Positions 16,454 through 25,421 are shown, counted from the first letter of the stretch. The stretch: DNA of 64,000 nt from a virus (IMGVR_UViG_3300017917_003016:128001-192000), one strand, 5' to 3'. Made by a program: numbers and translations. The notes: a model not told the origin generated them from the sequence alone.

Positions 16454-17728
16454 ATGGATATCAATAGCCAATTACAGCCAATTATTGCCGGCATGATAAA
16501 TGATCTTAAGGTACAGATCAATCATGAATTGCGGCAACAATTATCCGGTGAAATAGTCAAAAGTTTGGCTGCTACAGAATTGACCAGCATAATTCAACAG
16601 GCAGTTAAAAATCAAGTTGAGGCCAGATTAGAAAAATTTGATTTTGCTGGTACCGGACAGCAGGAATTAAAAATAGCATTTAAACAGATCACTGACACGG
16701 TTAATAAAAATCTTGCCGCAGCCACTAACAAACAAATCACTGAGTTTGTCAATCAAAAATTAGCCCAGATAAACATACAAGATTCAATTGCAGCCGTGGT
16801 ACAGACAGCCTTGGGAGAAAATCTCAAAGGTACTACATTTCCTGCGGGCAGTATTCATCATTCATCTGTTAACTTTGCTGGATTTCAAATAACAGGTAGT
16901 GCGATCAAAGGCGGAATCATTGAAAATTTTGGCAGCGTTGGCGTAGAAGATCGTGCCAGTCATGTTCAAATGACCATAATGGACCATGCTGTGGCTTTTG
17001 AAAATCCTGTATACAGCCCCGAGTTAAATGTCACAGGTAACCTCACAGTAAATGGTCAGGTTGTTTTATATGGTGGGTTAGACAGCGATTCTCCGGGATT
17101 TAAACAATTGGTTAATAAAACCAGCGATGCTGTTAGAGAAGACCTAAATGATGAACTATTCTCTGGCTTTAGTGACACTGTCTTTAATCAAATCAAAAAC
17201 CAAGGAATAGATCTAGACAAGGTTTCACAAGGCGGCCGCGAAATTGTCAGTGGCAACCGACTGGGTTATCATATTGTTGATACTAATATTCAACGTGTTG
17301 GGATATTGAATGATCTACAGACCTCCGGCGAAAATCTTCTGTGTGATACCTTGTATGTGACTGCGCGCCGCGTGGGTATTAACACCATGGAGCCGACTAA
17401 TACCCTGAGCATATGGGATCAGGAAGTTGAATTTTCTGTAACCAAACATAGTCAAGACACTGGCTACATCGGCACTCCTCGAAATCAAAAACTAGTCTTA
17501 GGATCAAACAACAAACAAAATCTTGTGCTTAATCCAGACGGCACTGTCAAGGTAGAACACCTAGATATTGGTCCCATTGCCATGACCAGCCATAATGTAA
17601 TACCTAATTATCCCAGCAGGGCTGGACATATAGTTTGGAACACTGCACCAGCAGAAGGTGGAGTTATAGGATGGGTCTGTCTAGGTGGTGCCCAGTGGGC
17701 AGGGTTTGGCAAGATAGAAAACCATTGA
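16454..17728 (+). CDS. Hypothetical protein, possibly virion-associated
   Basis: Coiled-coil N-terminus; fibre-like motifs RVGINTMEP and GWVCLGG.QW. Confidence 0.65.
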   Translation: MDINSQLQPIIAGMINDLKVQINHELRQQLSGEIVKSLAATELTSIIQQAVKNQVEARLEKFDFAGTGQQELKIAFKQITDTVNKNLAAATNKQITEFVNQKLAQINIQDSIAAVVQTALGENLKGTTFPAGSIHHSSVNFAGFQITGSAIKGGIIENFGSVGVEDRASHVQMTIMDHAVAFENPVYSPELNVTGNLTVNGQVVLYGGLDSDSPGFKQLVNKTSDAVREDLNDELFSGFSDTVFNQIKNQGIDLDKVSQGGREIVSGNRLGYHIVDTNIQRVGILNDLQTSGENLLCDTLYVTARRVGINTMEPTNTLSIWDQEVEFSVTKHSQDTGYIGTPRNQKLVLGSNNKQNLVLNPDGTVKVEHLDIGPIAMTSHNVIPNYPSRAGHIVWNTAPAEGGVIGWVCLGGAQWAGFGKIENH

Positions 17729-17753
17729 CAATCTTTAAGATTGTACGTATAAT
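17725..17753 (+). promoter_or_regulatory. sigma70-type promoter
   Basis: TTGACA (17725-17730), 17 nt, TATAAT (17748-17753). Confidence 0.8.
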
Positions 17754-17783
17754 AAACTATCTTGTACTTTATCGGACACTGTT

Positions 17784-18815
17784 TTGACCACTCAACGCAT
17801 CGGCTTTGCCTGCAAATGGATTGATGACCCCAGTCAAGTTAACGGCATCAAAGCCAAAGACACCTGCAAAATCTATAACACTGGCACTACCACAGTAGCA
17901 TGGTTAAATAGACAGGCACGAGATGTGTCTGTGGCAAAACTGTGGTCTTTAATGCAACAGAACATTGAATCTACACAAAAACTTATCGAAAAGGTTGGTG
18001 CACTAGATGAACACCTTAGAATGGTTCGTCTCTCAAGTGATATACTTCCAGTATATACAGAGTCTAATTGGAGTTGGTTTTGGCGTGAGCCTGACGTTAG
18101 GCTTTATGCTGAACGGGCGTTTGGCAAGGTTGGTGATGCTGCTAGGCGCCTTGGTGTGCGCATTAGTTTTCATCCGGGTCAATTCTGCGTTTTGGCTTCA
18201 GATTCTGTCAACATTGTTGACCGTAGTATAGAAGAATTTGAATATCACGCGGACATGGCTCGCTGGATGGGCTACGGCCGTGAATTCCAAGACATGAAGA
18301 TCAACGTACACATTGCCGGCCGGCAAGGCCCTGAAGGTATTCGTCGTGTACTAAACAGACTCACACCCGAAGCACGTAATTGTATTACTATTGAAAACGA
18401 GGAGATGAAACATGGACTTGACGATTGTCTCAGCATCAGTGATTGTGTGCCTATTGTTCTTGACATACACCATCATTGGGTTCGCGAGGGGGAATACATT
18501 CAAGCAAATGATGATAGAGTTAAACGAGTTTGGGATAGTTGGCGCGGCCGTCGTCCTACTTGCCATTATAGTGTTAGTCGAGAAGACGTCCTTGTAAACC
18601 ATTGCGGCCAAACTCTGCCCGATCATCAGATCTTGTTAGAAACAGGCTATAAGAAAAGCCATCTCCGTGCACACAGCAACTTCTACTGGAACTCTAAGGT
18701 CAACGATTGGGCCTTGACTTTCTGGGAAAAATTTGATATAATGTGTGAATCAAAAGCAAAAAACCTTGCTAGTTTTGCCTTGTTTGAGCATGCTAAGGCT
18801 AACGGGGTAGTGTAA
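17784..18815 (+). CDS. uvsE: UV damage endonuclease (UvsE/UVDE)
   Basis: RIGFACK, MVRLSSDILP, RISFHPGQF, INVH, TIENEE, LDIHHH, RAHS, MCESKAKN. Confidence 0.9.
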   Translation: MTTQRIGFACKWIDDPSQVNGIKAKDTCKIYNTGTTTVAWLNRQARDVSVAKLWSLMQQNIESTQKLIEKVGALDEHLRMVRLSSDILPVYTESNWSWFWREPDVRLYAERAFGKVGDAARRLGVRISFHPGQFCVLASDSVNIVDRSIEEFEYHADMARWMGYGREFQDMKINVHIAGRQGPEGIRRVLNRLTPEARNCITIENEEMKHGLDDCLSISDCVPIVLDIHHHWVREGEYIQANDDRVKRVWDSWRGRRPTCHYSVSREDVLVNHCGQTLPDHQILLETGYKKSHLRAHSNFYWNSKVNDWALTFWEKFDIMCESKAKNLASFALFEHAKANGVV

Positions 18816-19066
18816 TGTTTGGTGGCCCAAGTATTCCTGAACGTTTTTTATGGTGGAAGCATCAGATGGACGGCAGGTACGTTTGGCAGCGCAGATTCGC
18901 ACTACTACCACGTCGGAGTATGAGGTCAGACACAATGATTTGGCTGCAATGGGCCTGGCAAGGTCAGAGAATTATTACCGGACCTGGAGAACCAGTGGTT
19001 ATGATTCAATGGTTGACTGATAAAGAATTTACCTGGGAACAACTAAGGAGTAAAAATGGGACTTGA
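18815..19066 (+). CDS. Hypothetical protein
   Basis: TAATG coupling to uvsE. Confidence 0.55.
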   Translation: MFGGPSIPERFLWWKHQMDGRYVWQRRFALLPRRSMRSDTMIWLQWAWQGQRIITGPGEPVVMIQWLTDKEFTWEQLRSKNGT

Positions 19067-19466
19067 TATGTATGCCTATAGTGCTACCAAAGTCAACACA
19101 CAACGAGACTATTGGGATGGATATGATTTTGAAAAGAAAAAGTCTAACAGTCCAGAGCCCAAAGAACTGGCCTACTGGCGCAAGCATCCCAACCTCCATG
19201 GTTGGATGGAACGTCTATGGGAAAGCAAGGGCTGTCCTGGAGACAATCCAGAAGATATGTTCAACGGTGTAGAACTGGAATTGACCTGGGAGGATCTTGA
19301 ACAACTAGAACAAGATGTCAGTGCTGGTCGATTACCTGAAACCGCAGGTTTCTTTTTCGGCGCCGCCAGCGATGAATATTATCGAGAACAGGATCTTCAG
19401 TTTATTCGTGAGGCCAAAGCAGATATCATTGTGGGACTAAAGGTTTTTTACAATAGTTCATGGTAA
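19056..19466 (+). CDS. Conserved hypothetical phage protein
   Basis: MGLDMY...YWRKHPNLHGWM...YNSSW pattern; AGGAG RBS. Confidence 0.7.
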   Translation: MGLDMYAYSATKVNTQRDYWDGYDFEKKKSNSPEPKELAYWRKHPNLHGWMERLWESKGCPGDNPEDMFNGVELELTWEDLEQLEQDVSAGRLPETAGFFFGAASDEYYREQDLQFIREAKADIIVGLKVFYNSSW

Positions 19467-19693
19467 CTGATCAATTGAATTGGTATTTGGAGTGGATAGC
19501 CACAGCCGTGCTGATCTTTGGTACTGCTGTAAACAGTCTTGGCTACTATCCCCTGGGTCCCATTCTCTTGTGCCTGGGCGGCGCTATTTGGACTGTGGTA
19601 GCGATACGCTGGCGTAGACCTAGTCTAATTGTAGTTAATATCATTATGCTACTAACAGGCATTACTGGTCTAGCATGGAATTATCTTGCATGA
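19460..19693 (+). CDS. Small multi-TM membrane protein
   Basis: Three hydrophobic helices. Confidence 0.6.
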   Translation: MVTDQLNWYLEWIATAVLIFGTAVNSLGYYPLGPILLCLGGAIWTVVAIRWRRPSLIVVNIIMLLTGITGLAWNYLA

Positions 19694-19944
19694 AAGAATT
19701 AGAATTTAACGATGATTGGCAGTATAATAATGAAGAAGAAGCCGAGATGGGCCAACTTCATGCCATTCACAACAACATGAATGCTGTAGCAGATGTTCGC
19801 CGTAGACTTGAAAAACAGTCAAGTCAACCATCGGCTGAATTCTGTGAAGAATGTGGTGATGACATTCCTTTGGCTCGCCGCACGGCTGTGCCCGGAGTAA
19901 AGTATTGCATTTTTTGTCAAGAAAAACACGAACGGAGATATTAA
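19690..19944 (+). CDS. TraR/DksA-type C4 zinc-finger protein
   Basis: CEECGDDIP.AR..AVPG..YCIFCQ. Confidence 0.85.
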   Translation: MKELEFNDDWQYNNEEEAEMGQLHAIHNNMNAVADVRRRLEKQSSQPSAEFCEECGDDIPLARRTAVPGVKYCIFCQEKHERRY

Positions 19945-19947
19945 AAC

Positions 19948-20538
19948 ATGCCTAATCTAGTACCAATGGTTCTTGAACGCACCAGTCAAGGTGAACGCAG
20001 TTATGATTTGTATTCAAGACTGCTCAAAGACCGCATTGTGATTCTTGACACTGACGTCAACGAACACTCAGCAAGTCTTATTGTTGCTCAATTGCTGTTC
20101 CTTGAAGCAGAAGATGCTGAAAAAGATATTTTGTTCTATATCAACAGTCCAGGGGGTATTATCACTGCTGGTATGAGCATTTATGATACCATGCAGTTTA
20201 TTCGTCCTCAGGTCAGCACCATTGTAATGGGACAGGCCTGCTCAATGGGCAGTTTTCTTGCACAAGCAGGGGCCCCAGGCAAACGTATGATGCTGCCCAA
20301 TGCTCGACACATGATTCACCAACCTAGCGGTGGTGCACGTGGCATGGCTTCAGACATTGAAATTTCCTACAAGGAAATCATGCACTGGAAGCAACGTCTA
20401 ACAGAACTTTATGTAGAGCACAATACCTCAGGTAAAACCTATGAAGATTTTGAGCGGGACATGGATCGTGACACTTTTATGAGTGCACAGGAATCTCTGG
20501 AGTATGGCCTCTGTGACGAAATTATCACTAAACGATAA
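19948..20538 (+). CDS. clpP: ATP-dependent Clp protease proteolytic subunit
   Basis: [28 protein letters not shown] (catalytic Ser), MIHQP (His), RD. Confidence 0.95.
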   Translation: MPNLVPMVLERTSQGERSYDLYSRLLKDRIVILDTDVNEHSASLIVAQLLFLEAEDAEKDILFYINSPGGIITAGMSIYDTMQFIRPQVSTIVMGQACSMGSFLAQAGAPGKRMMLPNARHMIHQPSGGARGMASDIEISYKEIMHWKQRLTELYVEHNTSGKTYEDFERDMDRDTFMSAQESLEYGLCDEIITKR

Positions 20539-21841
20539 TTTTTGCTCTAGCCCGTGGTTTCATGTCAAAATAAATCCCGGCGGTGACTTTGTTCCTTGCC
20601 GCTGGGACGCCGTCACGCTGACTAGTGATTATAATATTGCAAATACCAGTATCAGCGAATATATAAATTCCTTGCCCATGCAAACTTTACGCATGGATCT
20701 ACTAGAAGGAAAACAAATAAAAATCTGTGATTCATGTAAAAATGAAGATCGGAATCACAAGGTCAGCGGAAGAAGTCGACAACTGCTCAAAAGTGCAATA
20801 GACATAGAAAATTTTAATAAAACTTTTTGTGCCAGTCCGCATTTTGAATGGTTTGACTATTCCTATAGAAATCAAGGTCTGACTAAAAATTTGCCTGTAG
20901 ACCTTCAAATTGATTTGGGCAATGCCTGCAACAGCGGGTGTTTAATGTGCCATCCAATTTATAGTAGTAGGTTGCATACAGATTATCAAAAACTTTACAA
21001 ATCAGATCCAATTGTTTTTGATTACACTACACCAAAACGAAATTGGACCGATGACAAATTTCTAGTGGATAAGTTTGTAGATGAACTATCAACTATTCCA
21101 AATTTGAGATATCTGCATTTACTTGGTGGTGAAACACTTTATCTAGAAAGTTTTTATGCTATATGTGAAAAACTTATCGAAAAAGGGTTGGCTAAAAATA
21201 TAAGCCTAGGCACTACAACAAACTGCACAGTGTATACCCCTAGATTAGAAAAAATACTACAAGAGTTCAAACATGTTCATATTGGTCTGAGTATCGAAGC
21301 ATTTCATCCTCTCAACGATTACATTAGATGGCCTAGCAAATTAGAAGACGTTCAAGAAAATATCAAAAAATTTGTGGCTTTGAGAAACTCCTCAGATCTA
21401 CAGTTGAGTTTGAGAATTACTCCCTGTAATCTCAGTATTGGTCACTTGGATACTGTGTTTGATTTTATGATCAAACATTCTATAATTGCTGAAAGTTGTA
21501 ATCTCTTAGTGAACCCTAGTTTCTTACGAATTGAAATTCTACCGCATAACCTGTTAATGTCCGCTTTAGATAAAATCAATAATGTGATTAAAAAACACAA
21601 GTTGATCCCCAATTATGATGCATATGTCAATAGAAGAAACGAGTCTATTAGAAATGAAATTGTTTCTAAGACTATTTTTGAATACAAAGACCTATTAGAA
21701 AATCTGCAACCAGTTGAAAATCCAAAGCAGGAAAGACTGAATTTGGTTAAATTTTTAAAGGGATTTGAAGAACTTAGAAAAAACTGTATCCTAGACTATC
21801 TGCCAGAATATGAAGAATTTTTACGAAGCCACAATTACTAG
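20483..21841 (+). CDS. Radical SAM protein with N-terminal Cys-rich (SPASM/Twitch-like) domain
   Basis: CNSGCLMC (CxxxCxxC), GGE motif, FVPCRW and CDSC; true start probably downstream of 20483. Confidence 0.8.
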   Translation: MHRNLWSMASVTKLSLNDNFCSSPWFHVKINPGGDFVPCRWDAVTLTSDYNIANTSISEYINSLPMQTLRMDLLEGKQIKICDSCKNEDRNHKVSGRSRQLLKSAIDIENFNKTFCASPHFEWFDYSYRNQGLTKNLPVDLQIDLGNACNSGCLMCHPIYSSRLHTDYQKLYKSDPIVFDYTTPKRNWTDDKFLVDKFVDELSTIPNLRYLHLLGGETLYLESFYAICEKLIEKGLAKNISLGTTTNCTVYTPRLEKILQEFKHVHIGLSIEAFHPLNDYIRWPSKLEDVQENIKKFVALRNSSDLQLSLRITPCNLSIGHLDTVFDFMIKHSIIAESCNLLVNPSFLRIEILPHNLLMSALDKINNVIKKHKLIPNYDAYVNRRNESIRNEIVSKTIFEYKDLLENLQPVENPKQERLNLVKFLKGFEELRKNCILDYLPEYEEFLRSHNY

Positions 21842-22193
21842 ACCTAAACTAAAACTAGACCTGTGTCTGAAGTTAGACCCGGTTGGTGCAGTTCCCTGTC
21901 GAGTTGTTATAAATGAAAAACTGCTCTGTGACGGATTACTTGACTGTGAAAAAACTGTAGTATATCAGATTCCTCTGACAGACCCAATTGACCTGGAGAT
22001 TCAAATACAGAGACTACATCCAGAGGCAGTCAAGGTATCTTTGCAAATTGACGGCAAAGAAATCTTGCCAAGATATCAGGCCATGGCAGCACCGCCAACC
22101 TGCTACTTAGACAATAACGACCTTTGGAGATTTAAGATTCCAAATTTCTATTCTTGGTATCATGAGATTACAGGGCAGGGATGGATTATCTAA
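21810..22193 (+). CDS. Hypothetical protein
   Basis: Overlaps radical SAM gene end. Confidence 0.6.
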   Translation: MKNFYEATITRPKLKLDLCLKLDPVGAVPCRVVINEKLLCDGLLDCEKTVVYQIPLTDPIDLEIQIQRLHPEAVKVSLQIDGKEILPRYQAMAAPPTCYLDNNDLWRFKIPNFYSWYHEITGQGWII

Positions 22194-22201
22194 GATTTTG
22201 G

Positions 22202-22230
22202 TTGACAATCTCATCGAAATATCTTATACT
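22202..22230 (+). promoter_or_regulatory. sigma70-type promoter
   Basis: TTGACA (22202-22207), 17 nt, TATACT (22225-22230). Confidence 0.7.
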
Positions 22231-22265
22231 AACAGAGTAGTAAATTTTAACCATCCAACAAGGAG

Positions 22266-22457
22266 ATGTACATGCAGTACGAAGTTAATGTTGACACCGC
22301 AATTCAACGTTTTAACAGCGGCAGTTACATCAGCCAAAGCCGTAATCAAGGAACTGTCACGGTCAATGCCAGCAGCATTAACCAAGCACAACGGTTGGTT
22401 TCTAATATGTTTGGCGGTTACAACAACTGTCAAGTTCGTTCAGTCCATCAAAAGTAA
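22266..22457 (+). CDS. Hypothetical protein
   Basis: AGGAG RBS after promoter. Confidence 0.6.
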   Translation: MYMQYEVNVDTAIQRFNSGSYISQSRNQGTVTVNASSINQAQRLVSNMFGGYNNCQVRSVHQK

Positions 22458-22466
22458 GGAGTAGTT

Positions 22467-22805
22467 ATGTTTACAGTAGCAGGTGTTAGTACTCATCGCG
22501 GACAGACTAAGGTCCGTTTCGCTAATGATTTGGTCAGTCGAGTTAAGATGCTAGTCAAGGACGGTCATACTGATGTAGAACTTTATGAATTGCCTGAACC
22601 TATGACCAAGGCAGAAGCCTGTGACTATCTTCGGCACAGCGACCTTGCACTTATGACTGTGCCGCATCTCGCTGAGGCTGTGGTCTCTGCCTGGGACAAG
22701 TATCATACGGTCAAGGTCACTAAGACTGCTAAGATTACTGTTAACCTTGAAGATCTCAAAGCACGTGCAGAAGCAGCCACTACCAAGAACGACGTTCCTT
22801 TTTAA
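22467..22805 (+). CDS. Conserved hypothetical phage protein
   Basis: AGGAG RBS; FTVAGVS...KVRFAND...VKML.K.GHTDVEL.ELP..MTK. Confidence 0.7.
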   Translation: MFTVAGVSTHRGQTKVRFANDLVSRVKMLVKDGHTDVELYELPEPMTKAEACDYLRHSDLALMTVPHLAEAVVSAWDKYHTVKVTKTAKITVNLEDLKARAEAATTKNDVPF

Positions 22806-22824
22806 CCTGTAACAAATTTCTTGC

Positions 22825-22851
22825 AAAAAAAGGGGGTACTGCCCCCTTTTT
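22825..22851 (+). terminator. Intrinsic terminator
   Basis: aaaaaaggggg-tactg-ccccc-ttttt hairpin. Confidence 0.7.
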
Positions 22852-22864
22852 CCATAAATACATT

Positions 22865-23041
22865 ATGGACAAGAACTTTTATTACTTTAGCGATGTTGAA
22901 TGGAGCAAAGTATTTGGCTATAGTTCTAGCCCTGAAGACTGCAGATATCCAGAAAATTGGCATCGCGAAGGGGAAATAAGAGTTACTCCCACGGGAGATT
23001 TGGAGATATACAGTGAAGGTTCATGGATCCCAAAATACTAA
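22865..23041 (+). CDS. Small hypothetical protein (58 aa)
   Basis: Manual translation MDKNFYYF...SWIPKY; directly after CATAAATA (22853-22860). Confidence 0.5.
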   Translation: MDKNFYYFSDVEWSKVFGYSSSPEDCRYPENWHREGEIRVTPTGDLEIYSEGSWIPKY

Positions 23042-23102
23042 AATAACTTTTTGGCCATGGCATGCGTTTGGCTGCACTTGTCCCTTTTGTGCGAGATAAA
23101 TC

Positions 23103-23219
23103 ATGTGGCCAGCACTGATAGGTTTTTTTGTATTAATAGCAGTTTACTGCATAGTTACTTTTTCTGACGATATATTTGATATTTTTAACAACGACAACAA
23201 CGACAACAACGAGCAATGA
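23103..23219 (+). CDS. Small membrane peptide (38 aa)
   Basis: MWPALIGFFVLIAVYCIVTF then acidic tail; ATGA-coupled to next ORF. Confidence 0.4.
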   Translation: MWPALIGFFVLIAVYCIVTFSDDIFDIFNNDNNDNNEQ

Positions 23220-23377
23220 TTGTTTGTATTTGTAGAGATATTAGAACCAGCCAATACACTTGCGAAGAAGAACTTCGTGAGCGTATACTAGAGAATGACT
23301 TCAAGTGCGGTCTCTGTCAACTTCAATATCTAAATGAGTGCCCAAACAATAATCGAGTTCTTCAGGACCAACAGTGA
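23216..23377 (+). CDS. Bfd-like (bacterioferritin-associated ferredoxin-like) small Cys protein (53 aa)
   Basis: MIVCICRDI...KCGLC, the CxC...CxxC pattern; below ORF-track cutoff. Confidence 0.55.
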   Translation: MIVCICRDIRTSQYTCEEELRERILENDFKCGLCQLQYLNECPNNNRVLQDQQ

Positions 23378-24611
23378 CCATAGGGGAATACCCCACATAC
23401 CTAACAGTGTTTGGTTAGAGTTTATCAACAAACACGATCGTCAACTGATCAAAGATGCACTGGCTGACTATATTGTAGATAACCGTGTGCCCTTTCCTAG
23501 CGCAGAGATTGATTTAACTGATTTTGAAAATCTCTTTGTTAAATTTGCCAACACAACAATGTTGGACGAGTTCAAAACATTCGATCAAGTTCTAGAAAAA
23601 CATCCTTATCAATATCCATATGAGGACAAGCCTCTAGGAGTCATTGACAAAAGTCATGTTTACAATCCTGTGAGTAATTATTTCCAGCAGGAAAATCGCA
23701 TGCGTTGCGGTAGTAATCAAGTGGCCAGTCCCTGGGAATTTTGGCATGACCGAGAACTGTTGGCCAAAATGAATTGGCATTTTTGGCGCAAGGGCGCACT
23801 GGGGGACAGTGATGTCTGTGCACAGACTTTTCGATCGGCATTTCGTATCGGTACATACACAGCCACTCAGTTTAGACCTAGTGTGGCCAAAGCCATATAC
23901 GAACGTCACCGTGCTGAGTATGTGTTAGATACCAGTTGTGGTTGGGGCGATCGACTAGCAGGATTCTATGCTACACCTTGTACAAAGACCTATGTTGGTT
24001 GCGATCCAAATCCTGAGGTCTATACCACGTATCAACAGCAGTGCCTAGCATACGAACGCTTGTTAGGTCATACCGCCACACTAACCGTCTACGACGACCA
24101 CTTTGTGTGTCAAGGTAGTCGACGTGTAGAAATTTGGAATCTACCTAGTGAGGACGTCAACTGGCTGCAGTATCAAAATACATTTGATCTGTATTTTACT
24201 AGTCCTCCTTACTATTCTACAGAAAAGTATGCAGAGCATACTAGCAATAGCGCAGCACAAAGTTGGTGCCGCTATCCCTCATTTGAGTCATGGAAGCAGG
24301 ATTTCTTTTTTGCTATTAATCGCAAGATTTGGCAAACAATGAAAAGCCAGGCCTATTTTATGATCAACATTGTAGAACCTGTGAATGGCCGATATAAACT
24401 ATGCGATGACATGGTCAATGACATCCTGACCTATCCTGGTGCTAACTATGTTGGTAAGATTGGCATGCGGCTACAGGCCCGCCCGCATTCAATTGTACAA
24501 GCCAACAAAAATTCTGTGTTTGTAGAACCCATATGGGTGTTTCGCAAAGATACCTCTAACTACGATATAACTAAGGCATCAACATTTTGTAGTTTGTTTG
24601 AGTTTGCTTAA
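23334..24611 (+). CDS. DNA amino-methyltransferase (N4-C/N6-A class)
   Basis: TQFRPSVAK, VLDTSCGWGDRLAG (SAM-binding), FTSPPYY catalytic motif. Confidence 0.8.
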   Translation: MSAQTIIEFFRTNSDHRGIPHIPNSVWLEFINKHDRQLIKDALADYIVDNRVPFPSAEIDLTDFENLFVKFANTTMLDEFKTFDQVLEKHPYQYPYEDKPLGVIDKSHVYNPVSNYFQQENRMRCGSNQVASPWEFWHDRELLAKMNWHFWRKGALGDSDVCAQTFRSAFRIGTYTATQFRPSVAKAIYERHRAEYVLDTSCGWGDRLAGFYATPCTKTYVGCDPNPEVYTTYQQQCLAYERLLGHTATLTVYDDHFVCQGSRRVEIWNLPSEDVNWLQYQNTFDLYFTSPPYYSTEKYAEHTSNSAAQSWCRYPSFESWKQDFFFAINRKIWQTMKSQAYFMINIVEPVNGRYKLCDDMVNDILTYPGANYVGKIGMRLQARPHSIVQANKNSVFVEPIWVFRKDTSNYDITKASTFCSLFEFA

Positions 24612-24641
24612 ATACTTTATACTACTATATGGACGAATATT

Positions 24642-24773
24642 ATGAAAGTCAAAAACCTAATTAAAAAACTTTATAGTTCTATAATCAGCGGTCGTAAAAA
24701 TTTAGAAAAGAAAGTCTACGAAAAAATAACTCGTAAAAGTTTGAAGCACAAGCACACACAGGCTGTGAGATAA
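24642..24773 (+). CDS. Small basic protein (43 aa)
   Basis: Manual translation MKVKNLIKKLY...SLKHKHTQAVR. Confidence 0.5.
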   Translation: MKVKNLIKKLYSSIISGRKNLEKKVYEKITRKSLKHKHTQAVR

Positions 24774-24813
24774 AATTATGAATTATAAAATTGGTGAATA
24801 TTTACTGACTGCA

Positions 24814-24842
24814 TTGACATACATTGCCATTGCTGTTATAAT
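24814..24842 (+). promoter_or_regulatory. Consensus sigma70 promoter with extended -10, driving ssrA
   Basis: TTGACA (24814-24819), 17 nt ending TGT, TATAAT (24837-24842). Confidence 0.85.
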
Positions 24843-24848
24843 TATTGA

Positions 24849-25350
24849 ACTATTTTTGAAGTAAATAAGAGTATTGCTGTATGAAGTTGATGGAAAGGTG
24901 TTCTGGACGCGGGTTCGACTCCCGCCGACTCCACCAAAAATGCACTGTATGACTGAAGACCAAAGACGTTACGCCTATGAATTGTTTTACCTAGTAAAAG
25001 GCCATGTCAAGTATTTTGACGATGCTGACCTAGAGGCCATAGTCAAAGATTATACTCGGCGTCTGTGGTACAATGAAGAAGCACATTTGTACCGTGAAGG
25101 GTTTGAAGAAGCATATCGTGTGTTTTCGCTGGGGTCGTACAGGTTTCGACAGGGCAAATGAGTACGGATATGGACAGCACGGTAGGCGAAGACCGTAAAT
25201 CTAGCAAAACTTATAGATGCCAACACATCTAAATTTGGTACTGCAAAAGTATCTATGGGCCGCGGCTTCCGCTTCGGTACTCGTAGTGCTGAGGCAGTAG
25301 CAGCCTAAACTCTGCAACCACGGGGTTGGTTAGCCTTGTTACCCAATTAA
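24849..25350 (+). ncRNA. ssrA: Circularly permuted (two-piece) tmRNA gene: acceptor piece about 24849-24936, intervening segment 24937-25130, coding piece from 25131
   Basis: T-arm gcggg-ttcgact-cccgc and cgactcc-A-CCA lie upstream of 5' end ggggtcg-tacaggtttcgac; stem has G3:U70; tag frame 25219-25308 ends AVAA-stop; outer ends approximate. Confidence 0.9.
24940..25161 (+). CDS. 73-aa ORF nested in the tmRNA intervening segment
   Basis: ATG 3 nt after CCA (second ATG at 24949); open through IVS; stop lies inside the tmRNA coding piece. Confidence 0.55.
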   Translation: MHCMTEDQRRYAYELFYLVKGHVKYFDDADLEAIVKDYTRRLWYNEEAHLYREGFEEAYRVFSLGSYRFRQGK

Positions 25351-25352
25351 CC

Positions 25353-25377
25353 AAAGCCCACTTCGGTGGGCTTTTTT
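25353..25377 (+). terminator. Intrinsic terminator of ssrA
   Basis: aaagcccac-ttcg-gtgggc-tttttt. Confidence 0.9.
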
Positions 25378-25421
25378 ATCTTGATTATAGACAAAATAAA
25401 TATCTAAAAGGATGAGAAAGC

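Noticed and set aside
24874-24939. Extended TTG start for the ORF in the tmRNA spacer
   Set aside because: These codons coincide with the structured acceptor piece; ATG at 24940 or 24949 is more plausible.
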